NCBI GenBank assembly: GCA_027067555.1
Contig: JAMOVU010000070.1
Span: forward strand, 63,461-127,460
Direction: 5' to 3'
DNA: 64,000 bases
Source: Candidatus Aminicenantes bacterium
GTDB taxonomy: Bacteria; Acidobacteriota; Aminicenantia; JAMOAD01
Part shown: positions 56,338-64,000 of the stretch, one piece after another
Layout of the letters: every line of letters begins with the position of its first letter
Position numbering within the stretch: position 1 is the stretch's first letter
Position numbers and translations under genes: made by a program
Notes under the pieces: generated by a model
What the model was told of the DNA's origin: nothing
Databases searched by the model: none
The model's input: the letters and a program-made list of their open reading frames with translations, nothing else

Positions 56338-57239
56338 TTAACTTTTAACATTCTTTCAATGGGAATTTTAGCCTTTTCCATCACTTCCTTATCAAGAACT
56401 ATTTCATATCTATCATACTTCAGTGAATTTAAAATTGACTCCAGGGTAATTTCCTTCATCCCTCTACACCTTGCTCTCATTGTTAGAGGAATAAAATTCT
56501 TATCCGGAAAATCCCTTTTCAACCTGTCCACCATTCCTATTTCCGTACCAACGATAATTGTTTTCTCTTTAATCTTTCCCGCCTGTTTTATCATCTGTCC
56601 TGTGGACAGGATTGAATCAGCCATCTCCTGAATCTCTTCCGGAGTTTCAGGATGCACCATGATATGAGCATCCGGATATTCCTCTCTTATTTTTTCAATA
56701 TCCTTTTTCATTATAAGTTTATGGTGAACATAACAAAAGCCGTCGTAAAGAATAATCTCCTTTTTTGTTCTCTTTTTTACATAGGTTCCTAAGTTTTTAT
56801 CCGGAACAAAAATTATTTTGTTTTGAGGAACACTTTCCACAATTTTAACAGCATTTGCCGAAGTACAAACAATATCGGTCAATGTTTTCGTCTCTGCTGT
56901 TGTGTTTATATATGATACGACCGCTGCATCAGGATACTTTTCCCTGAGTTTTTTAAGCTCTTTAACATCCACCATCTCAGCCATTTCACAGTAAGCGCTC
57001 TCTTCAGGTAGAAGAACTTTTTTATCAGGGTTTAATATTTTTGCGGTTTCAGCCATAAAGGAGACACCGGCAAAAATTATGACATCCGCTGAAAGACTTG
57101 CAGCTTTTCTTGCAAGCTCAAGAGAATCTCCCAAAAAATCAGCTATCTCCTGAACCTCTTTCCTCTGATAATTGTGTGCCAGAATAATAGCATTTTTTTC
57201 TTTCTTAAGTTTTTCTATCTCTTTTATCATTTCCTTCAT
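56334..57239 (-). CDS. nadA: Quinolinate synthase A
   Basis: ILAHNYQ motif and ADFLGDSLELA. Three spaced Cys (SAYCEMA, GFCYVHH, ARCRGM) are consistent with the [4Fe-4S] ligands. 301 aa. Confidence 0.8.
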   Translation of the reverse strand: MKEMIKEIEKLKKEKNAIILAHNYQRKEVQEIADFLGDSLELARKAASLSADVIIFAGVSFMAETAKILNPDKKVLLPEESAYCEMAEMVDVKELKKLREKYPDAAVVSYINTTAETKTLTDIVCTSANAVKIVESVPQNKIIFVPDKNLGTYVKKRTKKEIILYDGFCYVHHKLIMKKDIEKIREEYPDAHIMVHPETPEEIQEMADSILSTGQMIKQAGKIKEKTIIVGTEIGMVDRLKRDFPDKNFIPLTMRARCRGMKEITLESILNSLKYDRYEIVLDKEVMEKAKIPIERMLKVK

Positions 57240-57445
57240 GCAAAACTATATCATTAATAGACCTTCTTTTTCAAGAGAATTTTAAGCAGGCAATTTTTAA
57301 AACTTGCGCATCCTTCAGCCATGCAGCTTAACAGCAAAAGTAAGTGTTTGTCCATATTAATTACTGAGATTCTTCTCTTATTCAAGTTTTTTGGTGAGAA
57401 AGGTCTTCTTGCTATTTATCGCTCTTTTATAATATAATTTTAGAG

Positions 57446-59155
57446 ATGACAGAAAAGGATGAATTTAAAATTGAGCCTTTAACAATAAAGGCTCTGATTG
57501 AACAAAGTATAAAGAAGCACAAAGAAAGGCCCGCACTTGGCTTTTTTGACTCCGAACCTATAACCTACGGAGAACTTGCTAAAAAAATCAAAGCAGTTTC
57601 AAAACTTCTTTATGATAAAGGAATAAGAAAGGGAGATAAGGTAGCATTGATAGGGGAAAATTCTCCCAACTGGGGAATTGCTTATCTCGGAATAGTAACG
57701 ATAGGCGCGATTGCAGTTCCCATCCTTCCCGATTTTCCCGGAGAGGATATAATAAATATTTTAAAACACTCTGACTCAAAACTTCTCTTTGCCACAAGAA
57801 AACATGTTGACAAAATAATCAATGATGAGTGCAAAAACATAAAAACAATTATAAGTCTTGATGATTTTTCCGATGAAACCGAATTCTACAAAATAGAATC
57901 AATATCTTCGGTAATAGAGGAAACTATTCAGAAAGCTTCCCAATTTTTCCATGATCTGGGAGAAAAGGTCGGGTTATTTGATGAGAATGTAAAAGAGGAT
58001 GATCTTGCTGCAATAATTTACACATCAGGAACGACAGGAATGTCAAAGGGAGTTATGTTAACCCATAAAAACATAGTTACAAACATAATAGCCACAAAAA
58101 AATTCATTATTATAGATGAAAAGGACAGATTCCTTTCGGTTCTCCCTATGTCCCATGTGTATGAAGGAACACTTGGCTTTCTAATGCCTCTTGCAAGTGG
58201 TTCTTCAATATACTACTTAGGAAAAGCTCCCACTCCAACAGTTCTTAAAAAAGCCTGCTCAAAGGTTCACCCGACAATAATGGCCTGGGTTCCCCTAATT
58301 ATGGAAAAAATCTACAAAAAGAAAGTAAAAGCCCTTATAGAGAAAAACTTTCTTTTTAAAGGCTTAACCCGTGTTCCCGGCCTTAGAAAAACTTTTTATA
58401 AAAAAGCAGTAAAAAGTCTTATTGAATTTTTAGGTGGAAAAATAAAAGTCATTGCCTTCGGAGGAGCTCCTCTCAGCCCTGAAGTTGAAAAATTCCTGAA
58501 AACAGGGGGTTTCCCTTATGTAGTTGGATATGGTCTTACCGAAACAGCACCTCTTTTGACTGGTGAAAAACCAAACGAAACAAGGATTGGCTCCTGTGGA
58601 TACCCGATAGAGCATGTTCAAATAAAAATTGTAGACCCTGACCCCAAAACCGGTATAGGAGAAATTTATGCCAAAGGGCCCAATATTATGAAAGGATACT
58701 ATAAAAACAAAAAATTGACTGAAGAGGTTTTGAGCAAAGATGGCTGGTTTAAAACAGGCGACAGAGGATACATGGATAAAGATAGTTTTCTTTACATAAG
58801 AGGAAGGTCAAAAAATATGTTTTTAGGTCCCAATGGAGAAAATATTTATCCTGAGGTGATAGAGGAAAAACTTTTAAGCTTTTTAATTGTCCAGGAAGCC
58901 ATAGTGATTGACAACAGAGGAGAAATTGAAGCTCTTGTTTATCTGGATCCTGCCTATCTTGAAGAAAAATTGGAAGGAAAAGGTGAAGAGGAGCAAATGC
59001 AAATAATCAGAGAAATCCTTGAAAATCTAAGAAAAGAGGTAAATCAAAAATTACCCTCTTTTTCAAGAATAAAAAGATGCCTCTATCAAAGGGAGCCATT
59101 TGTAAAAACAGCAACCCAAAAAATAAAGAGATTTCTGTACTATCATCCTGAATAA
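57446..59155 (+). CDS. Long-chain fatty-acid--CoA ligase (AMP-dependent synthetase/ligase)
   Basis: AMP-binding signature IYTSGTTGMSKGV. Motifs GYGLTET and a DGWFKTGD-like hinge. 569 aa. Confidence 0.8.
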   Translation: MTEKDEFKIEPLTIKALIEQSIKKHKERPALGFFDSEPITYGELAKKIKAVSKLLYDKGIRKGDKVALIGENSPNWGIAYLGIVTIGAIAVPILPDFPGEDIINILKHSDSKLLFATRKHVDKIINDECKNIKTIISLDDFSDETEFYKIESISSVIEETIQKASQFFHDLGEKVGLFDENVKEDDLAAIIYTSGTTGMSKGVMLTHKNIVTNIIATKKFIIIDEKDRFLSVLPMSHVYEGTLGFLMPLASGSSIYYLGKAPTPTVLKKACSKVHPTIMAWVPLIMEKIYKKKVKALIEKNFLFKGLTRVPGLRKTFYKKAVKSLIEFLGGKIKVIAFGGAPLSPEVEKFLKTGGFPYVVGYGLTETAPLLTGEKPNETRIGSCGYPIEHVQIKIVDPDPKTGIGEIYAKGPNIMKGYYKNKKLTEEVLSKDGWFKTGDRGYMDKDSFLYIRGRSKNMFLGPNGENIYPEVIEEKLLSFLIVQEAIVIDNRGEIEALVYLDPAYLEEKLEGKGEEEQMQIIREILENLRKEVNQKLPSFSRIKRCLYQREPFVKTATQKIKRFLYYHPE

Positions 59156-59156
59156 A

Positions 59157-60491
59157 ATGAAAAAAGCCCTTGATTTTTCCCCTTCTTTATTACTGATTCT
59201 AAGCTTTGCAGGAGCTATTTTAGTGGGAACCTTCCTTTTAATGCTTCCCTTTTCCACTGTTTCGGGAAAGATCTCCTTTGTCAATGCTCTCTTTACAGCA
59301 ACCTCTGCCGTATGCGTTACAGGACTGATTGTCGTTAACACTGCAACATATTTTACGACTTTTGGTCAAACTATTATTTTACTCTTATTTCAATTGGGTG
59401 GACTCGGGATAATGACTTTTACATCTCTTGTAATTTTACTTGCAAGAGGGGATATTTCTTTTTCGGAAAAAAGCGTTATTGAAGATAGCTTTCTTTCAAA
59501 GGGAGGAATTGATCTTAGAAAATTTATAAAAGACATTTTTATTTTCACTTTTTTAATAGAATTTTCGGGAATGATGCTTCTTTATCTAAATGTCTTCTCA
59601 AAACATTTCAAAGGAGGAAAAGCTCTTTTTCACTCATTATTTCATTCTGTTTCCGCATTTAATAATGCCGGGTTTTCAACATTTTCGGATTCATTGGTGA
59701 AATATCAAAGCAGTGTAAGTTTAAATCTTGTTATTGTCTTTGAAATCATAATCGGTGGCCTTGGGTTTTTTGTAGTAAGGGACATCTATTATTTCGTAAA
59801 AGAGAGAGGTAAGAATAAGCTTTCGCTTCATTCCAAGCTTGTAATAGTGACAACCTTTATTCTCATAGTAATCGGATTCGGAATATTTTTATTCCTTGAA
59901 AACAATCATTCTCTTGCAGGGAAGGATAAGATTACAAAGATTCTGATTTCCCTTTTTCAATCGGTCACCCCACGAACAGCAGGGTTTAATACAGTGGACT
60001 TAACTTTGATTACCCATGCTTCAGCCTTTCTTCTTATCCTTCTCATGGTAATAGGGGCATCTCCCGGCTCAACCGGTGGGGGGATGAAAACAACAACATG
60101 GGCAGCTCTCTTGCTCTTTTTAAGAACAAAATTAAAGGGGAAAAACAATGTTCAGGCCTTCGGAAGAAATATAGCATGGGAGATTGTTGATAAAGCCCAT
60201 CTCATACTCTTATTTTCAATAATAGTTATATTTTCAGGGGTTTTTCTAATATCCTTTTTCGAAGGGGATAGGTTCTCCCTTCTTCAGGTATTTTTTGAAG
60301 AGGTTTCAGCTTATGGGACCGTTGGACTTTCTCTCGGAATAACTTCAAAGATAAATCCTTACAGCAAACTTGTCTTAATAGCCACAATGTTTGTCGGAAG
60401 AGTAGGTATTTTAAATATAATATATGCTTTTGTTTCAGAAAAGAGGGGTGCTAATTATGAGTATCCCGAAGAAAAAATCATAGTGGGGTGA
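59157..60491 (+). CDS. Potassium uptake membrane subunit (TrkH/KtrB family)
   Basis: 444 aa with four MPM repeats carrying conserved Gly selectivity-filter residues (TATSAVCVTG, NAGFS, GASPGSTGGG, GLSLG). Confidence 0.85.
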   Translation: MKKALDFSPSLLLILSFAGAILVGTFLLMLPFSTVSGKISFVNALFTATSAVCVTGLIVVNTATYFTTFGQTIILLLFQLGGLGIMTFTSLVILLARGDISFSEKSVIEDSFLSKGGIDLRKFIKDIFIFTFLIEFSGMMLLYLNVFSKHFKGGKALFHSLFHSVSAFNNAGFSTFSDSLVKYQSSVSLNLVIVFEIIIGGLGFFVVRDIYYFVKERGKNKLSLHSKLVIVTTFILIVIGFGIFLFLENNHSLAGKDKITKILISLFQSVTPRTAGFNTVDLTLITHASAFLLILLMVIGASPGSTGGGMKTTTWAALLLFLRTKLKGKNNVQAFGRNIAWEIVDKAHLILLFSIIVIFSGVFLISFFEGDRFSLLQVFFEEVSAYGTVGLSLGITSKINPYSKLVLIATMFVGRVGILNIIYAFVSEKRGANYEYPEEKIIVG

Positions 60492-60495
60492 GAAA

Positions 60496-61170
60496 ATGAA
60501 ATATGCAGTAGTTATAGGTGTCGGAAGTTTCGGTCTTTATGTAATTAAAACTCTTGCTGAAAAGGGAGTAAAAGTTGTTGTACTTGATAAAGATCCTGAT
60601 AAGATAGAAATGGTAAAAAACATAGCGGCAAAGGCTGCTATTGCCGAAAGCACAAACAAAGAAATCTTGGAAAATTTTGGAGTAAAAGATGCTGATGCTG
60701 TTGTTGTGGCGGTCGGACCAAAGATGGAGGATAGTATTCTTATAGTGCATCATCTTATGACACTGGGAGTTAAAAGAATAATAGCAAAGGCAAACTCTGA
60801 GGAACACGGCAAAATCCTTGAAATAATAGGAGTCCCAAAGGAAAATGTAATATTTGCAGAAAGATATGCTGCCATCAGAGTTGCAAATAAACTTTTAAGC
60901 AATAATATTCTTGATTTTATCCCTTTAAGTGAAGAATTCAGCATAAGGGAAATCGCTCCGCCTGAAATTTTTGTGGGGAAAAGCTTAAAGGAGCTTGATT
61001 TAAGAAATAAGTACAATATTCATGTGATTGCAGTAAAAGAGTTTATTCCAACCTCCGGTGTTTCAGAAGGAAGGGTCATAATCCCGAAAGCAGACTTTGT
61101 TATAAAGGATAGTGATAGCCTTATAGTTGCAGGAGATGAGGAAGCTTTAAGCAAAATCCCAGAAATTTAA
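60496..61170 (+). CDS. K+ uptake regulatory subunit (TrkA/KtrA; RCK_N NAD-binding + RCK_C)
   Basis: Rossmann N-terminus MKYAVVIGVGSFGLYVIKTLAEKGVKVVVLDKD. C-terminal TrkA_C region follows. Confidence 0.85.
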   Translation: MKYAVVIGVGSFGLYVIKTLAEKGVKVVVLDKDPDKIEMVKNIAAKAAIAESTNKEILENFGVKDADAVVVAVGPKMEDSILIVHHLMTLGVKRIIAKANSEEHGKILEIIGVPKENVIFAERYAAIRVANKLLSNNILDFIPLSEEFSIREIAPPEIFVGKSLKELDLRNKYNIHVIAVKEFIPTSGVSEGRVIIPKADFVIKDSDSLIVAGDEEALSKIPEI

Positions 61171-61763
61171 TGCTGAAAATAGGACTTACAGGTGGTCTTG
61201 CAACAGGAAAATCCTTTGTCCTGAATCTCTTTAAAGAGGAAGGATTTTTTACCCTGAAAGCAGATGAAATTGCAAAAAAATTTTACACTGAAAACACAGA
61301 AATAAAAAAAGAGCTAATAGAAAGATTTGGAAAAAATATTTACAAAGATAAAAATATAAACAGGACAAAGCTTGAGGAGATTTTATTTACAACAAGGGAA
61401 AAAAGAAGAGAATTTGAAAAAATTTTCTACTCTCACTTTATCCCCTTTCAAAAAAAACTGTTTGCTTCGCTTTCCTCCAGACATAAAGCCTTAGTATATG
61501 AATCCGCCCTTCTTTTTGAAGCGGGAACATTTAAAAATTTTGATATTTTAATTCTTACATACTGCTCAAAAGAGGCACAAATAGAAAGAGCGGTAAAAAG
61601 AGGGCTTAAAAGAGAAAAAGTTGAGAAAATATTAAAATTTCAAACTCCTTATGAAAAATTATTGGATAAAGTAAACTTTTCAATAAATACAGAAAAATCC
61701 ATGGGATTTACAAAAAAACAGACAAAAAAAATCATAGATGAAATAAGAAAAGAGCTTATTTAA
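61170..61763 (+). CDS. coaE: Dephospho-CoA kinase
   Basis: P-loop IGLTGGLATGKSFV at the N-terminus (compare GLTGGIGSGKS). 197 aa. Confidence 0.8.
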   Translation: MLKIGLTGGLATGKSFVLNLFKEEGFFTLKADEIAKKFYTENTEIKKELIERFGKNIYKDKNINRTKLEEILFTTREKRREFEKIFYSHFIPFQKKLFASLSSRHKALVYESALLFEAGTFKNFDILILTYCSKEAQIERAVKRGLKREKVEKILKFQTPYEKLLDKVNFSINTEKSMGFTKKQTKKIIDEIRKELI

Positions 61764-61768
61764 TTGTT

Positions 61769-63304
61769 CTACCATAAAAATTCTCTGTAGGGATCCCAGC
61801 CCTCTTTCACCTTTTGAAAATCAAACCAAGCCTCTGCTCCTCTCATCTCTTTTAACTTTGAAAGGGCTTCTTTTAGCTCCTTTTTTCTCTTTTTCTTTTT
61901 TAAAATCTCAATTTTAATTTGAAGAAGATTATCATTTAAAAAGCCATTATTCTCCGCTTCCTTAATAACCTCGAGGGCTTTTTGATACTTTTTAATTCTT
62001 TTCAAAAGCTCGGCTTTAACCACATAATACTCAAGATACTTTTCCGAAAAATATATATCATCAAGAACTTTTAACTTATCCTTTATTGAATCCATCTTAC
62101 TGCTACTCAACAAAAATAGAGAATACTTTTTTTCCTGATAAGTAAGAGCCCCTTTAGAATAAATCTTTCCTCTTATCCTTCCACTAAAAAAATCCCTTAA
62201 TGTAAAAATGATTTTTTCTCTGTTCGGAGAATAGTTTGAGCCAGCAGAAAATATAACTCTATTTCGATTAATAAGAATTGACTGAACAGTAAAGTCATTG
62301 TTAACACTATCCCTCAAAACATTTTTTCCGCCTGTGGAAATATCCACCTGATCATTTAATATGTATTCAGGCAAAACTCTTTTTTCTACAAGCTCTTTAA
62401 TCCTCAAATACCTCTTTGCAGAGGATCTATAAGGGAGAGGCAGTCCCTTTTTCAAATCAGAAACAAAATGGTTTGTGGAAACTATAAAACCATTCTTTAA
62501 TCCCCTTTTTTTCACCTTATTATAACCAACCTCAAAAACAGCAGCTTTTCTTTCTCTAATTGAAAGAACAGTAAAATTTACCCCTATGTGAATTTTGTGC
62601 TTTCTTATTATATCTTCAACTTCTTTTATATTATTTGAGTATTGCAAAATCATTTTCATTAAATAAAGAGGAGGAAACCCATCGTATCCTTTGCCTTTGG
62701 AAGGAACTTCATTCATCTCTACGACAATCCCCTTTTCATTAACACCTGTAAGAGGAGTATTTAAACCTAAAAAAGAAAATGCTATGTATTTATTCCCTTC
62801 GGTAGGTTCAAAAATAATTATCAGATTTTTGTTTCCAAGATCAAGTTTTGGTAAGGCATAATCAAGATTTCTTCCGAACGTTAACCCCCTTTTTGTTTTT
62901 ACCACAAAAGAGGAACAAGCAGGATGAGCAAAATCATATAAAAAATTTAAAAATAAAAGATCCTTTAACTTCAAATTTGAGGAGAGTGAAATTCCCTTAA
63001 GCTCTTTTATATACTCAACCGGAACCATCCTGGATTTTTTCTTGATTTTACCGTTGAAGACTGTTTTAACTATTGGCCTGAAAAGAAAAAAGGTCTTTCC
63101 TATTGCAAGAGCTCTAAGCTCTTTTATCTTATTCTTTTCCTTTTCAAGTTCTTTTCTCATAAGCTTCCCATAAGAAAGACCTATTTCATAAGGAGAACCG
63201 CTCAGCCTCAAAACCTTATACCCCCCGATATTATAAATTTCACCTGCGGAAAACAAAAAGCCGATAAAAACAAAAAAAATGATTAAAAAAGCCCCTTTTC
63301 TCAT
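61769..63304 (-). CDS. Secreted Ntn-hydrolase-like protein (peptidase C45 / acyl-CoA:6-APA acyltransferase-like) with C-terminal TPR-like helical repeats
   Basis: Signal peptide present. Candidate autoprocessing and nucleophile site ...FAHPACSSFVVK (Cys followed by small residues and Phe, as in C45/choloylglycine-type Ntn hydrolases). The C-terminal 120 aa are helical and TPR-like (YYVVKAELLKRIKKYQKALEVI). Confidence 0.45.
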   Translation of the reverse strand: MRKGAFLIIFFVFIGFLFSAGEIYNIGGYKVLRLSGSPYEIGLSYGKLMRKELEKEKNKIKELRALAIGKTFFLFRPIVKTVFNGKIKKKSRMVPVEYIKELKGISLSSNLKLKDLLFLNFLYDFAHPACSSFVVKTKRGLTFGRNLDYALPKLDLGNKNLIIIFEPTEGNKYIAFSFLGLNTPLTGVNEKGIVVEMNEVPSKGKGYDGFPPLYLMKMILQYSNNIKEVEDIIRKHKIHIGVNFTVLSIRERKAAVFEVGYNKVKKRGLKNGFIVSTNHFVSDLKKGLPLPYRSSAKRYLRIKELVEKRVLPEYILNDQVDISTGGKNVLRDSVNNDFTVQSILINRNRVIFSAGSNYSPNREKIIFTLRDFFSGRIRGKIYSKGALTYQEKKYSLFLLSSSKMDSIKDKLKVLDDIYFSEKYLEYYVVKAELLKRIKKYQKALEVIKEAENNGFLNDNLLQIKIEILKKKKRKKELKEALSKLKEMRGAEAWFDFQKVKEGWDPYREFLW

Positions 63305-64000
63305 GCCTTCCCTCCAAAATAGGAAAAAATTTGTTTTTTAAATTTTTGTACCATTTTTTCTTCAGGTTTTATATCTTCGTAAACCTTTCTTATCCACCAA
63401 ATACCCTCCTTCTCAAAAATTTGCCTTTCATTAAAATTTTCATTATTGACAGATAAAACCATTCTTCCGCTAACTTCAAAACTTGCCAATGCTCCGCTCT
63501 TACCATTGCCTCTTAGCTTTTTTTTATCCCTCAAAAAAATAAAAAGATAAAACTCTCTGTCTTTCCCCATCATCATAAGATTCTCAGTATTATTTTCGGA
63601 AATACTCTCCCACTCTTTAATTATATAGGTGGAAACTTCTTTTATTCTCCGTCTGCTTTTACCTTTTACGATAAAAAGTGGCACATAGTAAACAGGAGAA
63701 AAGAGCTCAAAATCTCTATCTTTTATAATAGCCTCACCCTTATTGACACTCTCCACAGGAAAGCTTTCACTTGTAGCCTGTAGGTGCTCGTGCTCCTTTA
63801 TTGAAGCTCCGGCAAGCCCATTATAGATAATTCTGAAAAAACTGTTTGTCTTTTCAACAAAAGAGAGCATAAAATTAATAATCTCAGCTCTGAAAATTTG
63901 AGGCCTATGCTTTGAGTTCATAATAGTAAAATGATTGTTAGTTATATATGCAAAATTTGAGCCAATGTAAAAAAACTCATCAGCCAATTTTACTTTAAGA
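63301..64000 (-). CDS. HIT-superfamily GalT/Apa-branch-like protein (HxHxQ motif), 5'-partial (ORF open to the window edge)
   Basis: Contains KEHEHLQA (the H-x-H-x-Q nucleotidyl-transfer motif). The reading frame stays open upstream of the TTG/Leu at 63987, through nt 64000. Its stop overlaps the start of the downstream gene by 4 nt. Confidence 0.35.
   Translation of the reverse strand, partial: LKVKLADEFFYIGSNFAYITNNHFTIMNSKHRPQIFRAEIINFMLSFVEKTNSFFRIIYNGLAGASIKEHEHLQATSESFPVESVNKGEAIIKDRDFELFSPVYYVPLFIVKGKSRRRIKEVSTYIIKEWESISENNTENLMMMGKDREFYLFIFLRDKKKLRGNGKSGALASFEVSGRMVLSVNNENFNERQIFEKEGIWWIRKVYEDIKPEEKMVQKFKKQIFSYFGGKA

Noticed and set aside
57240-57445. A 206-nt leader between nadA and the divergent acyl-CoA synthetase, checked for an NAD+ riboswitch or other structured leader.
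   Set aside because: I could not recognise any conserved riboswitch core by eye. It contains only AT-rich sequence with plausible divergent promoters, so no claim without covariance-model searches.
1-64000. Searched the whole window by eye for CRISPR arrays, tandem direct repeats, tRNA or rRNA genes, transposases, integrases, recombinases, and phage or toxin-antitoxin modules.
   Set aside because: Nothing of the kind is visible. The only repetitive DNA is coding low-complexity (poly-Lys tracts at about 7186-7262 and 38330-38600) plus the inverted repeats reported above. No protein carries DDE, tyrosine or serine recombinase motifs, or phage structural motifs.

Overview
This is a very AT-rich chromosomal segment, roughly 30% GC by eye, from an anaerobe-like bacterium with Lys/Ile/Phe-rich proteins. 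It is densely packed and genes frequently overlap their neighbours by 1 to 30 nt. Most of the window is a recognisable housekeeping backbone: phoH, a PgpH-like 7TM-HD protein, ybeY and corC in a row; rnr; ackA; an ileS-lspA-lgt operon; a divergent asnC/asnA pair; acyl-CoA dehydrogenase with etfB and a ferredoxin-fused etfA; nadA; a long-chain acyl-CoA synthetase; ktrB-ktrA (or trkH-trkA); and coaE. Several accessory or unusual clusters are interleaved with it. (1) An ackA-HEAT-cheR-cheY-OPT operon that has no CheA, CheW, MCP or CheB. (2) A family-5 solute-binding lipoprotein co-transcribed with a sensor histidine kinase. (3) A B12-binding radical-SAM enzyme beside two large GT-C-like membrane proteins, divergent from an HD-GYP phosphodiesterase. 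(4) A Hanks-type Ser/Thr kinase with a transmembrane segment and TPR repeats, divergent from a GWxTD-domain protein followed by BatB-like and BatD-like genes. (5) An ICMT-family methyltransferase translationally coupled to a DDAH-like hydrolase, followed by rarD, a GDPD and a membrane-anchored APS-kinase-like protein. (6) A TetR-regulated RND/MMPL exporter with a LolA-like protein and an outer-membrane barrel, with a composite palindromic operator candidate upstream. (7) A PD40 beta-propeller fused to an Omp85-type barrel at the window start. I found no rRNA, tRNA, CRISPR array, transposase or integrase. Every protein call below comes from motif-level reading of the supplied translations, not from a database search, and my confidences reflect that.
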